Positions 9,854-19,957 of a DNA stretch of 64,000 nucleotides are shown in pieces (position 1 is the first letter of the stretch; each line of letters opens with the position of its first letter). The notes under the pieces are model-generated. The model saw only the letters and a program-made list of their open reading frames with translations. It was not told the origin of the DNA and made no database searches. The position numbers were made by a program, and so were the translations under genes. The DNA is from an uncultured Candidatus Rokubacteria bacterium (lineage in GTDB: Bacteria; Methylomirabilota; Methylomirabilia; Rokubacteriales; CSP1-6): positions 480,001 through 544,000 of the forward strand of contig CAVWWD010000005.1 in NCBI GenBank assembly GCA_963758635.1, written 5' to 3'.

Positions 9854-9955
9854 CGGACCTCCCGGAACCCCTTGAAATGCTGCCCGAACTATCCGGCAAG
9901 GCCGTCGCGAAGTCAAGAACGGCGCGGCTCTTCCGGGATGGTATCCTCACGCCGG

Positions 9956-11818
9956 ATGGCGACCGTTTCCCTCACTGTCCTGCCCGATTCCCGCACGCTC
10001 CAGGTCGAAAGCGGCACCAGCATCCTGAAGGCGGCGCACGGCGCCGGCGTGGACATCACCGCCACCTGCGGGGGCCGCGGCCGCTGCACGTCCTGTCGCG
10101 TCAAGTTCGTCGCCGGCACGGCGCCCCCGCCCACCGTGATGGACGAGCTGCAGCTCGGCGACGACCTGGTCCGCGAAGGCTACCGCCTGTCCTGCCAGTG
10201 CCCGGTCACCGCCGCGATCACGGTGCAGGTGGCTCCCCCGCTCGACGAGCGGAGCTTCCAGATCCTGGGCCCGGGGCCGGCGCCGGGGGCCGGCCGCGTG
10301 ACCATCGCGGCCGGCGTCGACAAGCGCATGGTCGCGGTCACCCTGTCCAAGGACGAGCACCAGCAGACCTCCGACCTGGAAGCGCTCGAGGCGGCCCTCG
10401 GCGGGCCCGGCATGCCCGTGGCCGGGGACGTGCTGAAGGGGCTGCCGCAGGCGCTCCGCGAGTACGCCGGCCAGGCCACGGTCACCACGTTCGCGGGCTC
10501 GGTCATCGCCGTCGAGGCCGGCGACACCGCGCTCCTGAAGTTCGGGCTCGCCGTGGACGTGGGCACCACGAGCGTGGTCACGACGCTGATGGAGCTCGAG
10601 TCCGGGGAGCAGCTCGGGTCGGTCTCGAGCCTGAACCCGCAGGCGGTGTTCGGCGGCGACCTCATGTCGCGCATCGCCTTCGCGCAGTGGAACCCCGGGA
10701 ATCTGAAACGGCTCCAGACGCGGATCGTGGGGCTCCTCAACCAGCACGTCGAGCAGCTCACCGCGGACACCGGCGTCCTCGCCAAGTGGATCTACAAGGT
10801 CGTCGTGGTCGGCAACACGTGCATGCACCACATCCTGCTCGGCATCGACCCGACCCACGTGGGGCTCGCGCCCTATGCCCCGGTGGTGCGCGCGCCGGTG
10901 ACGCGCGCGGCGCGCGAGCTCCACCTGCGCGTGCACCCGGAGGCGCGGGTGTGCTTCCTGCCCCTCGTGGCGGGCTTCCTCGGCGCCGACGCGGTGGCGG
11001 TGGCGCTCGCCACGCGCATCGGCGACACGCCGGAGCGGCGGATCGCGGTGGACATCGGCACCAACGGCGAGGTGCTCCTGGGCTCGAGCGAGCGCCTGTG
11101 GGGCTGCTCGGCTCCCGCCGGCCCCGCGCTCGAGGGCGCGCAGATCCGCCACGGCATGCGGGGCGCGCTGGGCGCCATCGACCGCGTGTGGATCGAGGAC
11201 GGCGACCTCCGCCTCCACACGATCGGCGACGCGGCGGCCCAGGGCATCTGCGGCTCGGGCATCGTGGACGCCGTGGCCGTGCTCCTGGACGCCGGCGTGA
11301 TCGACTGGACGGGGCTGATCGACGTGGACGGCCGCGCGCGGCTGCCCGCGCCGCTCCGCTCCCGCGTGGAGATGCGCGGGGAGGACCGCGTGATCGTCCT
11401 TGCGCGGGCCGGCGAGCACGGCGCCGCCCACGAGATCGTGCTCGGTCAGGACGACGTCCGCCAGGTCCAGCTCTGCAAGGGGGCGATCGCCTCGGGGGCG
11501 GCCATGCTCCTCCGTGTGGCCGGCATGACGCCCGATGACGTGTCGGAGCTGATGCTGGCCGGCGGTTTCGGCAACTACCTGTCGATCCGGAGCGCGCTCC
11601 GGATCGGCCTCGTCCCCGCCGTGCCCGAGGCGCGCATCCGCTACGTGGGCAACGCGGCGGCGCTGGGCGCCCAGCTCGCGCTGGTGTCGGAGGCCGAGCG
11701 CGCGCGAGCCGAGGAGGTGGCGCGGCGGATCGAGCACGTTTCGCTCGCCGCGCACCCCGACTTCCAGGACGTGTTCGTCGACTGCATGAACTTCCCGCGG
11801 GACCCGGACCCGCGATGA
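9956..11818 (+). CDS. 2Fe-2S/ASKHA ATP-dependent reductive activator of corrinoid proteins (RACE/RACo-like)
   Basis: CGGRGRCTSC...RLSCQ ferredoxin; DVGTT, DIGTNGE, AGPALEG, GICGSG and AGGFG motifs. Confidence 0.9.
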   Translation: MATVSLTVLPDSRTLQVESGTSILKAAHGAGVDITATCGGRGRCTSCRVKFVAGTAPPPTVMDELQLGDDLVREGYRLSCQCPVTAAITVQVAPPLDERSFQILGPGPAPGAGRVTIAAGVDKRMVAVTLSKDEHQQTSDLEALEAALGGPGMPVAGDVLKGLPQALREYAGQATVTTFAGSVIAVEAGDTALLKFGLAVDVGTTSVVTTLMELESGEQLGSVSSLNPQAVFGGDLMSRIAFAQWNPGNLKRLQTRIVGLLNQHVEQLTADTGVLAKWIYKVVVVGNTCMHHILLGIDPTHVGLAPYAPVVRAPVTRAARELHLRVHPEARVCFLPLVAGFLGADAVAVALATRIGDTPERRIAVDIGTNGEVLLGSSERLWGCSAPAGPALEGAQIRHGMRGALGAIDRVWIEDGDLRLHTIGDAAAQGICGSGIVDAVAVLLDAGVIDWTGLIDVDGRARLPAPLRSRVEMRGEDRVIVLARAGEHGAAHEIVLGQDDVRQVQLCKGAIASGAAMLLRVAGMTPDDVSELMLAGGFGNYLSIRSALRIGLVPAVPEARIRYVGNAAALGAQLALVSEAERARAEEVARRIEHVSLAAHPDFQDVFVDCMNFPRDPDPR

Positions 11819-12678
11819 AGCTCCCCGCCGGCCTCGTGGGCGCGGGCGTGGGCCCGCGCGTGGCGACGATCGACGCGCGCTGGCTCATGGCCTACGCGGC
11901 GGCGCTCGGCGAGACCGACGCCGGGTACTTCGACACGCGGCGCGACGTCGGCATCCTCGCGCATCCCCTCTTCCCGGTGTGCTACGAGTGGCCGCTCGCC
12001 CTGGAGATGCGCGCGCAGCTCCCCGAGGCCATCGCGCTCCGCGGCGTGCACGCGACCCACGACCTCCGGCTTCGTCGCCTTCCGCGCGCCGGCGATCGCC
12101 TCGCCCTGCGCGCCGCCGTCGTCGCCGTGGCGCCGCGCCGCTCGGGCGCGTACGTGCTGAGCCGCTACGAGGCGGTCGACGCCGCGGGCGAGGTGCTGAG
12201 CGTGACGGAGTACGGCAGCGTGTACCTGGGCGTCGAGTGCGAGCCGGAGGGTGCGGCCCTGCCCGGCGCCCCGGACGCGGACGAGGACGCCCCGCCCGCG
12301 TGGTCGGAGCCGGTGACGGTGTCGGCCGGGCTCGCCCACGTCTACACGGAGTGCGCGCGGATCTGGAACCCGATCCACACCGACCCCGCGGTGGCGGCCC
12401 GCGCCGGGCTGCCCGACATCATCCTGCACGGCACGGCCACGCTCGCCCTCGGCGTGTCGCGCACGCTCCACCGCGCCGGCGCCAGCCCCTCCGGGGTGTC
12501 GCGCGTCACGGGAAGCTTCCGGGCGATGGTCCCGATGCCGTCGACGCTCGCCATCGAGGGCTATCCCGCGGAAGCGACGGCCGAGGGCGCGCGGCTGCCC
12601 TTCCGGGCGCGCGTGGCGGGCGGACGCCCGGCGATCCGCGACGGCAGCGTGTGGCTGCGTCCTCGAACGGGATCGTGA
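11815..12678 (+). CDS. Double-hotdog MaoC-like dehydratase
   Basis: WNPIHTDP...ILHGTAT hydratase motif; ATGA overlap with the upstream gene. Confidence 0.8.
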   Translation: MKLPAGLVGAGVGPRVATIDARWLMAYAAALGETDAGYFDTRRDVGILAHPLFPVCYEWPLALEMRAQLPEAIALRGVHATHDLRLRRLPRAGDRLALRAAVVAVAPRRSGAYVLSRYEAVDAAGEVLSVTEYGSVYLGVECEPEGAALPGAPDADEDAPPAWSEPVTVSAGLAHVYTECARIWNPIHTDPAVAARAGLPDIILHGTATLALGVSRTLHRAGASPSGVSRVTGSFRAMVPMPSTLAIEGYPAEATAEGARLPFRARVAGGRPAIRDGSVWLRPRTGS

Positions 12679-12761
12679 ATGAATGGCGAGACGGCACGGC
12701 GCGGGTCCGCAGAAGCGCGGTGTCGGCCCGCGCGCTGAAGCCGCAATCCGCATTCCTTCAC
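12675..12761 (+). repeat. 87-bp self-complementary dispersed element (family B, copy 1)
   Basis: GTGAATGAATG...CATTCCTTCAC; similar copies at 36455, 44352 and 51699. Confidence 0.85.
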
Positions 12762-12789
12762 ACCCCCGAAGCGAAAGGACATCAGGCCG

Positions 12790-13797
12790 ATGACGAAGCG
12801 AGAGAGGATCGCGGCGGCGCTGCGGCGGGAGCCCACCGACCGGCCGCCCTACGCGTTCTGGCGCCACTTCCCGAGCACCGACCGATCGCCCGCCGCGCTG
12901 ACCCAGTCCACGCTGCGCTTCCACGAGCGCTACGGGTCGGACTTCCTCAAGGTGACGCCGGCCGGCGGCTACGCCGTCGAGGACTGGGGCTGCGTGGAGA
13001 GCGACGAGGTCGCGCCCGACGGCCACCGCCCGTGCGCGCGCCACGGGATCAACGCGCCCGAGGACTGGAAGCGCGTCCGGCCCGTCGACATCTCGTCGTC
13101 GGGCTGGGGCACCCACCTGGAGTCGGTGCTCCGCTGCGTCGTCGATCGCCGCGCCGACGGCCCCGTCATGCCGACGGTGTTCAGCCCGCTGTCGCTGGCG
13201 CGGAAGCTCGCGGGCGATCGCCTGAAGTACGACCTGGTCGAGAACACGCAGACGGTGGTGGACGCGCTGGAGGCGATCACCGAGACCATCCTGGCCTTCG
13301 CGGAGGCGTGCTTCAAGGAAGGCGCGGAGGGCTTCTTCTACTCCATCCAGGCGGCGAGCGCCGACTTCCACACCGAGGAGGAGTACGCGCGGTTCGGCGA
13401 GCCCTACGACCGCCGCATCCTGGAGGCGGTCGGTCCGCGCTCGATCCTGACCGTGCTCCACTGCCACGGCGAGCGCCTCATGTTCGATCGGCTCGCCGCG
13501 CTCCCCGCCGACGCCTGGAACTGGGACGACCGCCGCGCCGGGCCCACGCTGTCCGAGGGCAAGGCCATGGTGCGCGGCGCCGTGATCGGCGGGCTCAACC
13601 AGTGGACCACGCTGAAGGACAGTCCCCCGCCCGACGCCCGCGCCGAGGCGCAGGACGCGATCGCGCAGTGCGAGGGCGCCGGTCTCATCCTGGGCGCGGG
13701 CTGCGTCCTGCCGACCGGCCACTCCGACGCGACGCTCGTGGAGCTGGTGAAGTCCCTGGGCGGCGAGGTGAAGCTGGCCGGCATCCCGCCCGCGTGA
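12790..13797 (+). CDS. Uroporphyrinogen decarboxylase / methylcobamide methyltransferase family protein
   Basis: MTKRERIAAAL...DRPP, TVFSP, LHCHG and ILGAGC motifs. Confidence 0.85.
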   Translation: MTKRERIAAALRREPTDRPPYAFWRHFPSTDRSPAALTQSTLRFHERYGSDFLKVTPAGGYAVEDWGCVESDEVAPDGHRPCARHGINAPEDWKRVRPVDISSSGWGTHLESVLRCVVDRRADGPVMPTVFSPLSLARKLAGDRLKYDLVENTQTVVDALEAITETILAFAEACFKEGAEGFFYSIQAASADFHTEEEYARFGEPYDRRILEAVGPRSILTVLHCHGERLMFDRLAALPADAWNWDDRRAGPTLSEGKAMVRGAVIGGLNQWTTLKDSPPPDARAEAQDAIAQCEGAGLILGAGCVLPTGHSDATLVELVKSLGGEVKLAGIPPA

Positions 13798-14008
13798 GCG
13801 CGTCGGCCGCGGGCATCGATTCCGCGTGAACCCGTGAGCCGGCGCGCCTGACATCCACGGTGTCGAGAGCTGACACTCCCGCGCCCGGCTGGGCCCACGT
13901 CCGCCGCGACGGCGCGCGCCGCGGACGCGCGATCAAGCACTTGGCGCGCTGCGCCGCCGTCATCCCTCCACGCCGAACGAGGCCCTCCGCAAGGTGATGG
14001 CGAGGCCG

Positions 14009-15088
14009 CTACTTCGCGACGTTGAAGCGGAAGTGGCAGATCTCGCCGTCCTGCACGACGTAGTCCTTCCCTTCCAGGCGGAACTGGCCGCGCTCGCGGA
14101 CGGCGGCCATCGAGCCGCCGGCGGCCACGAGCTCCTCGTAGCCCACGACCTCGGCGCGGATGAATCCGCGAGCGATGTCGGAATGGACGGCGCCCGCCGC
14201 GTCCTGGGCGCGGGTGCCCTGCGGCACCGACCACGCGCGCACCTCGTCCTCGCCCACGGTGAAGAACGAGATGAGCCCGAGCAGGTCGTAGCAGTCGCGG
14301 AGCACGCGGACGATCGCCGGCTCGGCGAGGCCCAGGTCGGCGAGGAACGCCGCCTGCTCCTCGCCGGCGAGCTGGGCCACCTCGGCCTCGATCACCGCTG
14401 AGACCCAGCCGAGCCGCGTGCCCGGCCGGCGCGCGACCTCCTCGAGGTCGAAGCTCTGCGCGAGGGTCCCGCCCCGCGCGATGTCCTTCTCGGAAAGGTT
14501 CAAGCAGTGCAGGATCGGCTTCTGCGAGAGGAACGTGAAGCCGCGGATCACGCGGAGGTCGTCCTCGGAGAGGCCCGCGGCGCGGATCGCCGTCTCCGCC
14601 TCGAGGGTGGGTTTGAGCGTGGAAAGGACGGCCTGCTCCCGCACCTCGGCGTCCACCTTCTTCTTCCGGATCGACACCTCCAGCCGCTCGAGCCGCCGCT
14701 CCACCACCTCGAGGTCGGCGAGGATCAGCTCGGTCTCGAGGTCGACGATGTCGGCGCGCGGGGTGGCCGCGGCGCCCGCGGCGTCGGGGAAGGCGCGCAC
14801 CACGTGCAGCAGCGCGTCGGCGTTCCTGAACTCGCGCGCGTCGAGCCCCTGGCGCTCGCCCTTCTCGATGCCCGCGAGGTCCACGACCTCGAAGCTCGCG
14901 AACGTCGTCTTCTTCGGCGTGAACAGCGCGGACAGGCGGTCGACGCGGGTGTCGGGCACGCGCGCCACGCCCACGTGCAGCTCGCCGCGCGTCCCCCCGA
15001 ACGAGGAGGTGGCCACGCTCTGACCGGTCAGGAGGTTGAACAGCGAGGTCTTCCCGCTCTTCGGAAGGCCGACGAGGCCGATCTTCAT
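14009..15088 (-). CDS. ychF: Ribosome-binding ATPase YchF
   Basis: GLPKSGKT, DLAG, HSDIARGFIRAEV and LEGKDYVVQDGE motifs. Confidence 0.93.
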   Translation of the reverse strand: MKIGLVGLPKSGKTSLFNLLTGQSVATSSFGGTRGELHVGVARVPDTRVDRLSALFTPKKTTFASFEVVDLAGIEKGERQGLDAREFRNADALLHVVRAFPDAAGAAATPRADIVDLETELILADLEVVERRLERLEVSIRKKKVDAEVREQAVLSTLKPTLEAETAIRAAGLSEDDLRVIRGFTFLSQKPILHCLNLSEKDIARGGTLAQSFDLEEVARRPGTRLGWVSAVIEAEVAQLAGEEQAAFLADLGLAEPAIVRVLRDCYDLLGLISFFTVGEDEVRAWSVPQGTRAQDAAGAVHSDIARGFIRAEVVGYEELVAAGGSMAAVRERGQFRLEGKDYVVQDGEICHFRFNVAK

Positions 15089-15186
15089 GGAGGCCACATG
15101 CTACCATGCCGCCGTGATGGCCGGGGCGCCGCCGCGCGATCGCGTCGCCGGACGGCTCGAGGCGTCGGCCGAGCGCTGACCCCCTC

Positions 15187-16071
15187 GTGTCCGCCATCCG
15201 CTCCCTGGACGTTCCGGGCGCGCTCGTCGCGCTCCTCCTCGCCGCGCTGTGGGGCGGCAACCCCGTCGTGGTGAAGCTCTCGCTCGCCGACGCGCCGCCC
15301 CTTCGCCTCGCCGCGATGCGCTTCGCCCTCGGCGGGCTCACGATCCTCGCGTGGGCGCTCTGGACGCGGCGGAGCGGGCTCCTCAGGCTGCGCCCCGGCG
15401 AGGGGCGCGCCATCGTGTCGCTCGGCCTGATCTTCGCCGTCCAGATCGGCCTGATGAACGTGGGGCTCGACCTGACCACCGCCGCCCACGGGGCGGTGCT
15501 GCTGAACTCCTACGCGATCCACACCGTCGTGCTCGCCCACTTCTTCGTGCCCGGCGACCGCATGTCCGCGGCGAAGATCGGCGGCATCGCCATCGCCTAC
15601 GCGGGCATCCTCCTGCTCTTCGGGCGGGACCTGTCCTTCTCGAGCGGCACGCTCATGGGCAACGTCGTGGTGATGGTGAGCGCGTTCCTCCTCGGCGAGC
15701 GCACCGTGTACACGGCCCGCGCGGTCCAGCGCTTCGACCCCGTGAAGCTCCTCCTGGGGCAGGCGGCCATCGGCACCGCGTGCTTCCTCGCCGCCAGCCT
15801 CTGGCTCGAGCGGGCCGAGCCCACGCGCTACACGTGGTCGCTGGCCGCCAGCCTCCTCTATCAGGGCCCCATCGTGGCCGGCTTCAACTTCATCGTGAAC
15901 GCCTGGCAGCTCCAGGTGTATCGTCCGAGCGCGCTCGCCGCCTGCGCGCTCACCTCGCCCCTCTGGGGCGTGCTGCTCGCGGCCACGCTGGCGCGCGATC
16001 CCCTCACCCCTGCGCTTCTCGCGTCGAGCGGGATGGTGGTGGCCGGCATGTGGCTGGCCACCCGACGGTGA
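15187..16071 (+). CDS. DMT/EamA family transporter
   Basis: About 10 hydrophobic segments; LWGGN...PPLRLAAMRF. Confidence 0.85.
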   Translation: MSAIRSLDVPGALVALLLAALWGGNPVVVKLSLADAPPLRLAAMRFALGGLTILAWALWTRRSGLLRLRPGEGRAIVSLGLIFAVQIGLMNVGLDLTTAAHGAVLLNSYAIHTVVLAHFFVPGDRMSAAKIGGIAIAYAGILLLFGRDLSFSSGTLMGNVVVMVSAFLLGERTVYTARAVQRFDPVKLLLGQAAIGTACFLAASLWLERAEPTRYTWSLAASLLYQGPIVAGFNFIVNAWQLQVYRPSALAACALTSPLWGVLLAATLARDPLTPALLASSGMVVAGMWLATRR

Positions 16072-16077
16072 TCCGTC

Positions 16078-17389
16078 ATGCGATTCGTCCGCCACGCGGT
16101 CCGGCTCCTCCCGATCCTGGTGGTGTGGGGCATCCTGGCCGGCGGGCCGCGCGCGCTTCCCGCGACGGCCCAGCCCACCGCGGCGCCGCCCGACGCAACC
16201 GTCGAGGCGCTCTTCCGGCGTCTCGCCACCATCAAGGGCACCCCGGGCGCCGGTCCCGCGCCGCCGCTGGCCATCCGCTCGCGGCAGGAGACGCGGCGGT
16301 TCATCGACGCCGAGCTGGCCCGGCGGTACACGCCGACCCGGCTGGAAGCCGAGCGGAAGTCGATGGTGGCCTGGGGCGTGATCCCGCCCGACTTCGACCT
16401 GCGCCGGCTCTTCGTGGACCTGATGGAGGAGCAGATCGCCGCCTACTACGACGCCCGCGCGAAGACCATGGTGGTGGGCGACTGGCTGGGCCCGGCCGAG
16501 CGCGCCGCCGCGCTCCTGCACGAGCTGGTGCACGCCCTCCAGGACCGGCAGATCTCCCTCGACGCCTTCCTCACGCCCGTCGAGGGCGAAGGCGATCGCG
16601 TCCTCGCCCGCCAGGCGCTGATCGAGGGCGAGGCGGTGGGCGTGATGCTCGACGTCGATGATGTCGGCCTCGGGCGCCGACCTCGCCTCCCTGCCCGACG
16701 TGAACGCGATCCGCGGCCAGATCGTGGCTGGCTCGCTCGGGCCGGTGATCCAGCGCGCCCCGCCGTTCCTCCGGGACCTCCTGCTCTTCCCCTACGTCGA
16801 GGGGCTCAGCTTCGTGCACGCGTGGCGCAAGCGGAACCCGTGGTCGGCGGCGGCGAGCCTCTACCGCGACCCGCCGCGCTCGAGCGCCCAGATCCTCCAC
16901 CCCGAGCAGTACCTCGACACGCGGCGGGACCCCGTCGCCATCGCCCTGCCGAGCCTCGACGCCCAGCTTCCCGGCTTCACCCACGTGATCGAGGACGAGC
17001 TGGGAGAGTTCGGCCTCGGCGCCGTCCTCGGCCTGCACCTGGGCGACGCGGCGGGACGCCACGCCGCCACGGGCTGGCGCGGCGACCGCTTCCGCGTGTG
17101 GCAGGAGGCGGGAGGCCGGTTCGCCATCGTCGCCGTCATCGTCATGGAGAGCGCGACGGAGGCGAACGCGCTGGCCCTGCACTTCTCCGGGGTGGTCGAG
17201 AAGCGCCACCCCGAGCTGGCGCGCCGCGGCGTCCCGCGGGGCGGCACCCTCGTGACGTGGACGGAGGCGGGCCGGGCCTTCGCGGTGGAGCGGCGGGGCG
17301 TCGAGGTGCTCCTGGTCGAGGAGGCGCCGGCCGCGACCGTCGACGGCATCCGCGCCGCGGTCTGGCGCGCCCGTCCCGCGACGCCTTGA
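16078..17389 (+). CDS. Exported HExxH (zincin-like) protein, frameshifted near 16655
   Basis: Signal peptide, LLHELVHALQD and ALIEGEA; continues in a second frame with FPYVEG, PPRSSAQILHPEQY and GWRGD. Confidence 0.7.
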
Positions 17390-17421
17390 CGCTGCCCGCC
17401 GCCCTCGCGTAGCGTCGGCCC

Positions 17422-17787
17422 ATGCCGACCCGGCCGGCGCGCGCGCTCGAGGTGGTGGCGAACCCGCATCCCGACCGCGACTACGAGGTCGCGCTCGAGA
17501 TCCCCGAGTTCACCTGCCTCTGCCCGGTGACCGGCCAGCCGGACTTCGCCACCATCCGCATCCGCTACGTGCCCGACCAGCACCTCGTGGAGCTCCGGTC
17601 GATCAAGCTCTACATCTGGTCGTACCGCGACGAGGGCGCCTTCCACGAGGACGTGACCAACCGCATCCTCGACGACTTCGTCGCCGCGGGCCGGCCCCGC
17701 TGGATCGAGGTGGTGGGCGACTTCAACGTGCGCGGCGGGATCAAGACCGTCGTCCGCGTCTGCCACGGCAAGCGCCCCGACCTCTGA
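17422..17787 (+). CDS. queF: NADPH-dependent preQ0 reductase (type I)
   Basis: [28 protein letters not shown] and RGGI motifs. Confidence 0.95.
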   Translation: MPTRPARALEVVANPHPDRDYEVALEIPEFTCLCPVTGQPDFATIRIRYVPDQHLVELRSIKLYIWSYRDEGAFHEDVTNRILDDFVAAGRPRWIEVVGDFNVRGGIKTVVRVCHGKRPDL

Positions 17788-17806
17788 GGATCGGCACCCG
17801 CTCGGA

Positions 17807-18688
17807 TCAGCCGGCCAGGGACAGCAGGACCATCCCCGCGAGCATGACCACCGCGCCGGGGAGGATCTCCCGCACGGTCTGCCGCTCGCCGAAGAACACC
17901 GCGCCCACGCCGAGGGCGAAGAGGATCTCCACCTGCTTCACCGCCTCGACGTAGGAGGACAGCGTGAGCAGGTACGCGATCCCCTGCGTCACCGTCGTGA
18001 GCGACGCGAAGAACCCCAGCCCCAGGAACGCCTTCCAGTGCCGCGGCACCTCGGCGAAGCGCCGCCACGAGGTGTAGAGCACCAGCGGCGTGATCAGGAG
18101 GCTCGCCGCCACGTAGCCGCCGAGCGTCCCCATGTACGGGTCGGAGAGCTGCATCGCCTACTTGATCGTCACCACCGACGGCGCGAAGAAGCACGCGGCG
18201 AGGAGCGTGTAGCGCATGCCCGGGTCGGTGAAGAGCACGGCCAGCGGCGCCCACGGCGAGATGCGGGCGCGGTGCACGTTCAGCAGGTACACCCCGACCA
18301 TCGACAGCAGCACGCCGGCGATGCCCAGCGCGGTGGGCCGCTCCCGGAGCGTGACGTAGCCGAGCCCGAGGAGGATGAGCAGGCTCACCTTCCAGAGCGC
18401 GGTGACCATCGAGATCTGCGAGAGCTTGAGCGCCTTGGAGAGCGCCAGCGTGGAGATGCACTGGCAGACCGCGAACACCGCGCAGGCGGCGGCGAACCCC
18501 GGCTTCACCTCGAGGGGGCGCCCGCGGCCGTAGACGTTCCAGGCGACGAAGGCGGCGGCGAACGGAAGCAGGAAGGTGAAGCGGCCCCAGACGTTGATGT
18601 ACTCGTCCAGCGAGTGCCCCAGCCGTTTCATCACCGTGTTCCGCAGCACCTGGCAGAGCGCGGCGGTGACGGCCAGGGCGAACCACAT
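17807..18688 (-). pseudogene. EamA-like transporter interrupted by an in-frame TAG
   Basis: ORFs 18158-18688 and 17807-18154 are in the same frame, separated by TAG (18158-18160) and GCG. Confidence 0.7.
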
Positions 18689-18697
18689 TGCGCGATT

Positions 18698-19957
18698 CTA
18701 CATGAGCGCTCCGGGATAGGAGGCGGGGTCCACGCTCACGCCGGGGAAGATCCCCGCCCCGCGCGGCACGCCCAGGTGCCGGTCCGCGACCTCGGCGAAG
18801 AGATGGCGGAAATCGGTGGTGACGGCGAGGTCGCGGCCCTCGAAGAGCTGCTCGCGCGCGAGGCCGGGCCACCGCCCGAGCACGCGTCCGCCCACCACCG
18901 TCCCGCCCAGCGTGAGCATCGCCGTGCCGTGGCCGTGGTCGGTGCCGCGGTTGCCGTTCTCGCGCACGGTACGGCCGAACTCGGTCATGGTGAGCACGAG
19001 CACGTCGGACATGCGCTCGCCGAGGTCCAGGTCGAAGGCGGCCAGCCCCTGGGCGAGATCGCCGAGGCGCGAGGCGAGCTGACCCGCGCCCGCCCCCTGG
19101 GCGGCGTGGGTGTCCCAGCCCCCAACGTCCACGAACCCGACCTCGAGGCCCACGCCCATCTTGATGAGCTGCGCGAGCTGTCGCAGGCTCTCACCGAGCC
19201 GGCCACGCGGGTAGACCGCGCCGTTGGCCGGCGCCTGGCGCTCCGGCTCGGCGGCGCGCAGCGCGCGCATGGCCTCGAACGCCTCGCGCCCGGCCGCGCC
19301 CACCGCGCCCGCGGCGCTCCGCTCGTAGAGCGCCTCGAAGTCGCGCCGCATCCCGCCCGCCGCCTGCTGTCCCTCGCGCCCGACCTCGAAGTCCGAGACG
19401 GCGGGAAAGGCCAGCGCCGCGGCGGTCCCGCGCAGGCTCCGGGGCAGCACCGGGCCGATCGCGACCCCGCGGAAGCTCGACGGCGCCGGCGGCCGCGTGG
19501 CCGAGAGCGCGCGGGAGAGCCAGCCGTCCGGCGTGCTCTTCACGCCGGGCGTCGCCGTCTCCATGTAGTCCTGCGCGTCGAAGTGCGAGCGCGTGGCGTG
19601 GGGCGAGCCGCAGGCGTGCACCGCGGCGAGGCGCCGCTCCTGCCACGCGGGCAGCAGCGGCGCGCACGCGGGATGGAGACCGAAGAATCCGTCGAGGTCG
19701 ATGGCCGCCTCCGCGCCCGGCGGGCCCGGGCGCGGGATCGCGATGGTGGCGCGGGCGCCGTAGTAGGAGGCGTCGCCGTACGGCACCACCATGCTGAGGC
19801 CGTCGGCGGCGCCGCGCTGGAAGATGGCGATCAGCGTCTTCACGCGCCGGCCGGGCGTGGCGGCCGCCGCCCGCACCAGGAACGGCGGCACCGTGCCCAG
19901 ACCGAGGAGCGCGAGGGCGCCGGCCTTCACGAACGCGCGCCGGCCGAGCGCGCTCAT
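18698..19957 (-). CDS. DUF1501 domain protein (Tat-like)
   Basis: GRRAFVK, FQRGAADGL, RSHFDAQ, GGWDTH and TEFGRTVRENGNRGTDHG motifs. Confidence 0.9.
   Translation of the reverse strand: MSALGRRAFVKAGALALLGLGTVPPFLVRAAAATPGRRVKTLIAIFQRGAADGLSMVVPYGDASYYGARATIAIPRPGPPGAEAAIDLDGFFGLHPACAPLLPAWQERRLAAVHACGSPHATRSHFDAQDYMETATPGVKSTPDGWLSRALSATRPPAPSSFRGVAIGPVLPRSLRGTAAALAFPAVSDFEVGREGQQAAGGMRRDFEALYERSAAGAVGAAGREAFEAMRALRAAEPERQAPANGAVYPRGRLGESLRQLAQLIKMGVGLEVGFVDVGGWDTHAAQGAGAGQLASRLGDLAQGLAAFDLDLGERMSDVLVLTMTEFGRTVRENGNRGTDHGHGTAMLTLGGTVVGGRVLGRWPGLAREQLFEGRDLAVTTDFRHLFAEVADRHLGVPRGAGIFPGVSVDPASYPGALM

Noticed and set aside
8750..9955. 400-aa N-terminal extension of the ASKHA protein
   Set aside because: It overlaps oppB/oppC in antisense; the true start is at 9956 with a -10 box and ferredoxin domain
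18158..18160. Pyrrolysine or genetic-code reassignment of TAG
   Set aside because: TAG terminates many genes normally in this window and no pyl genes are seen
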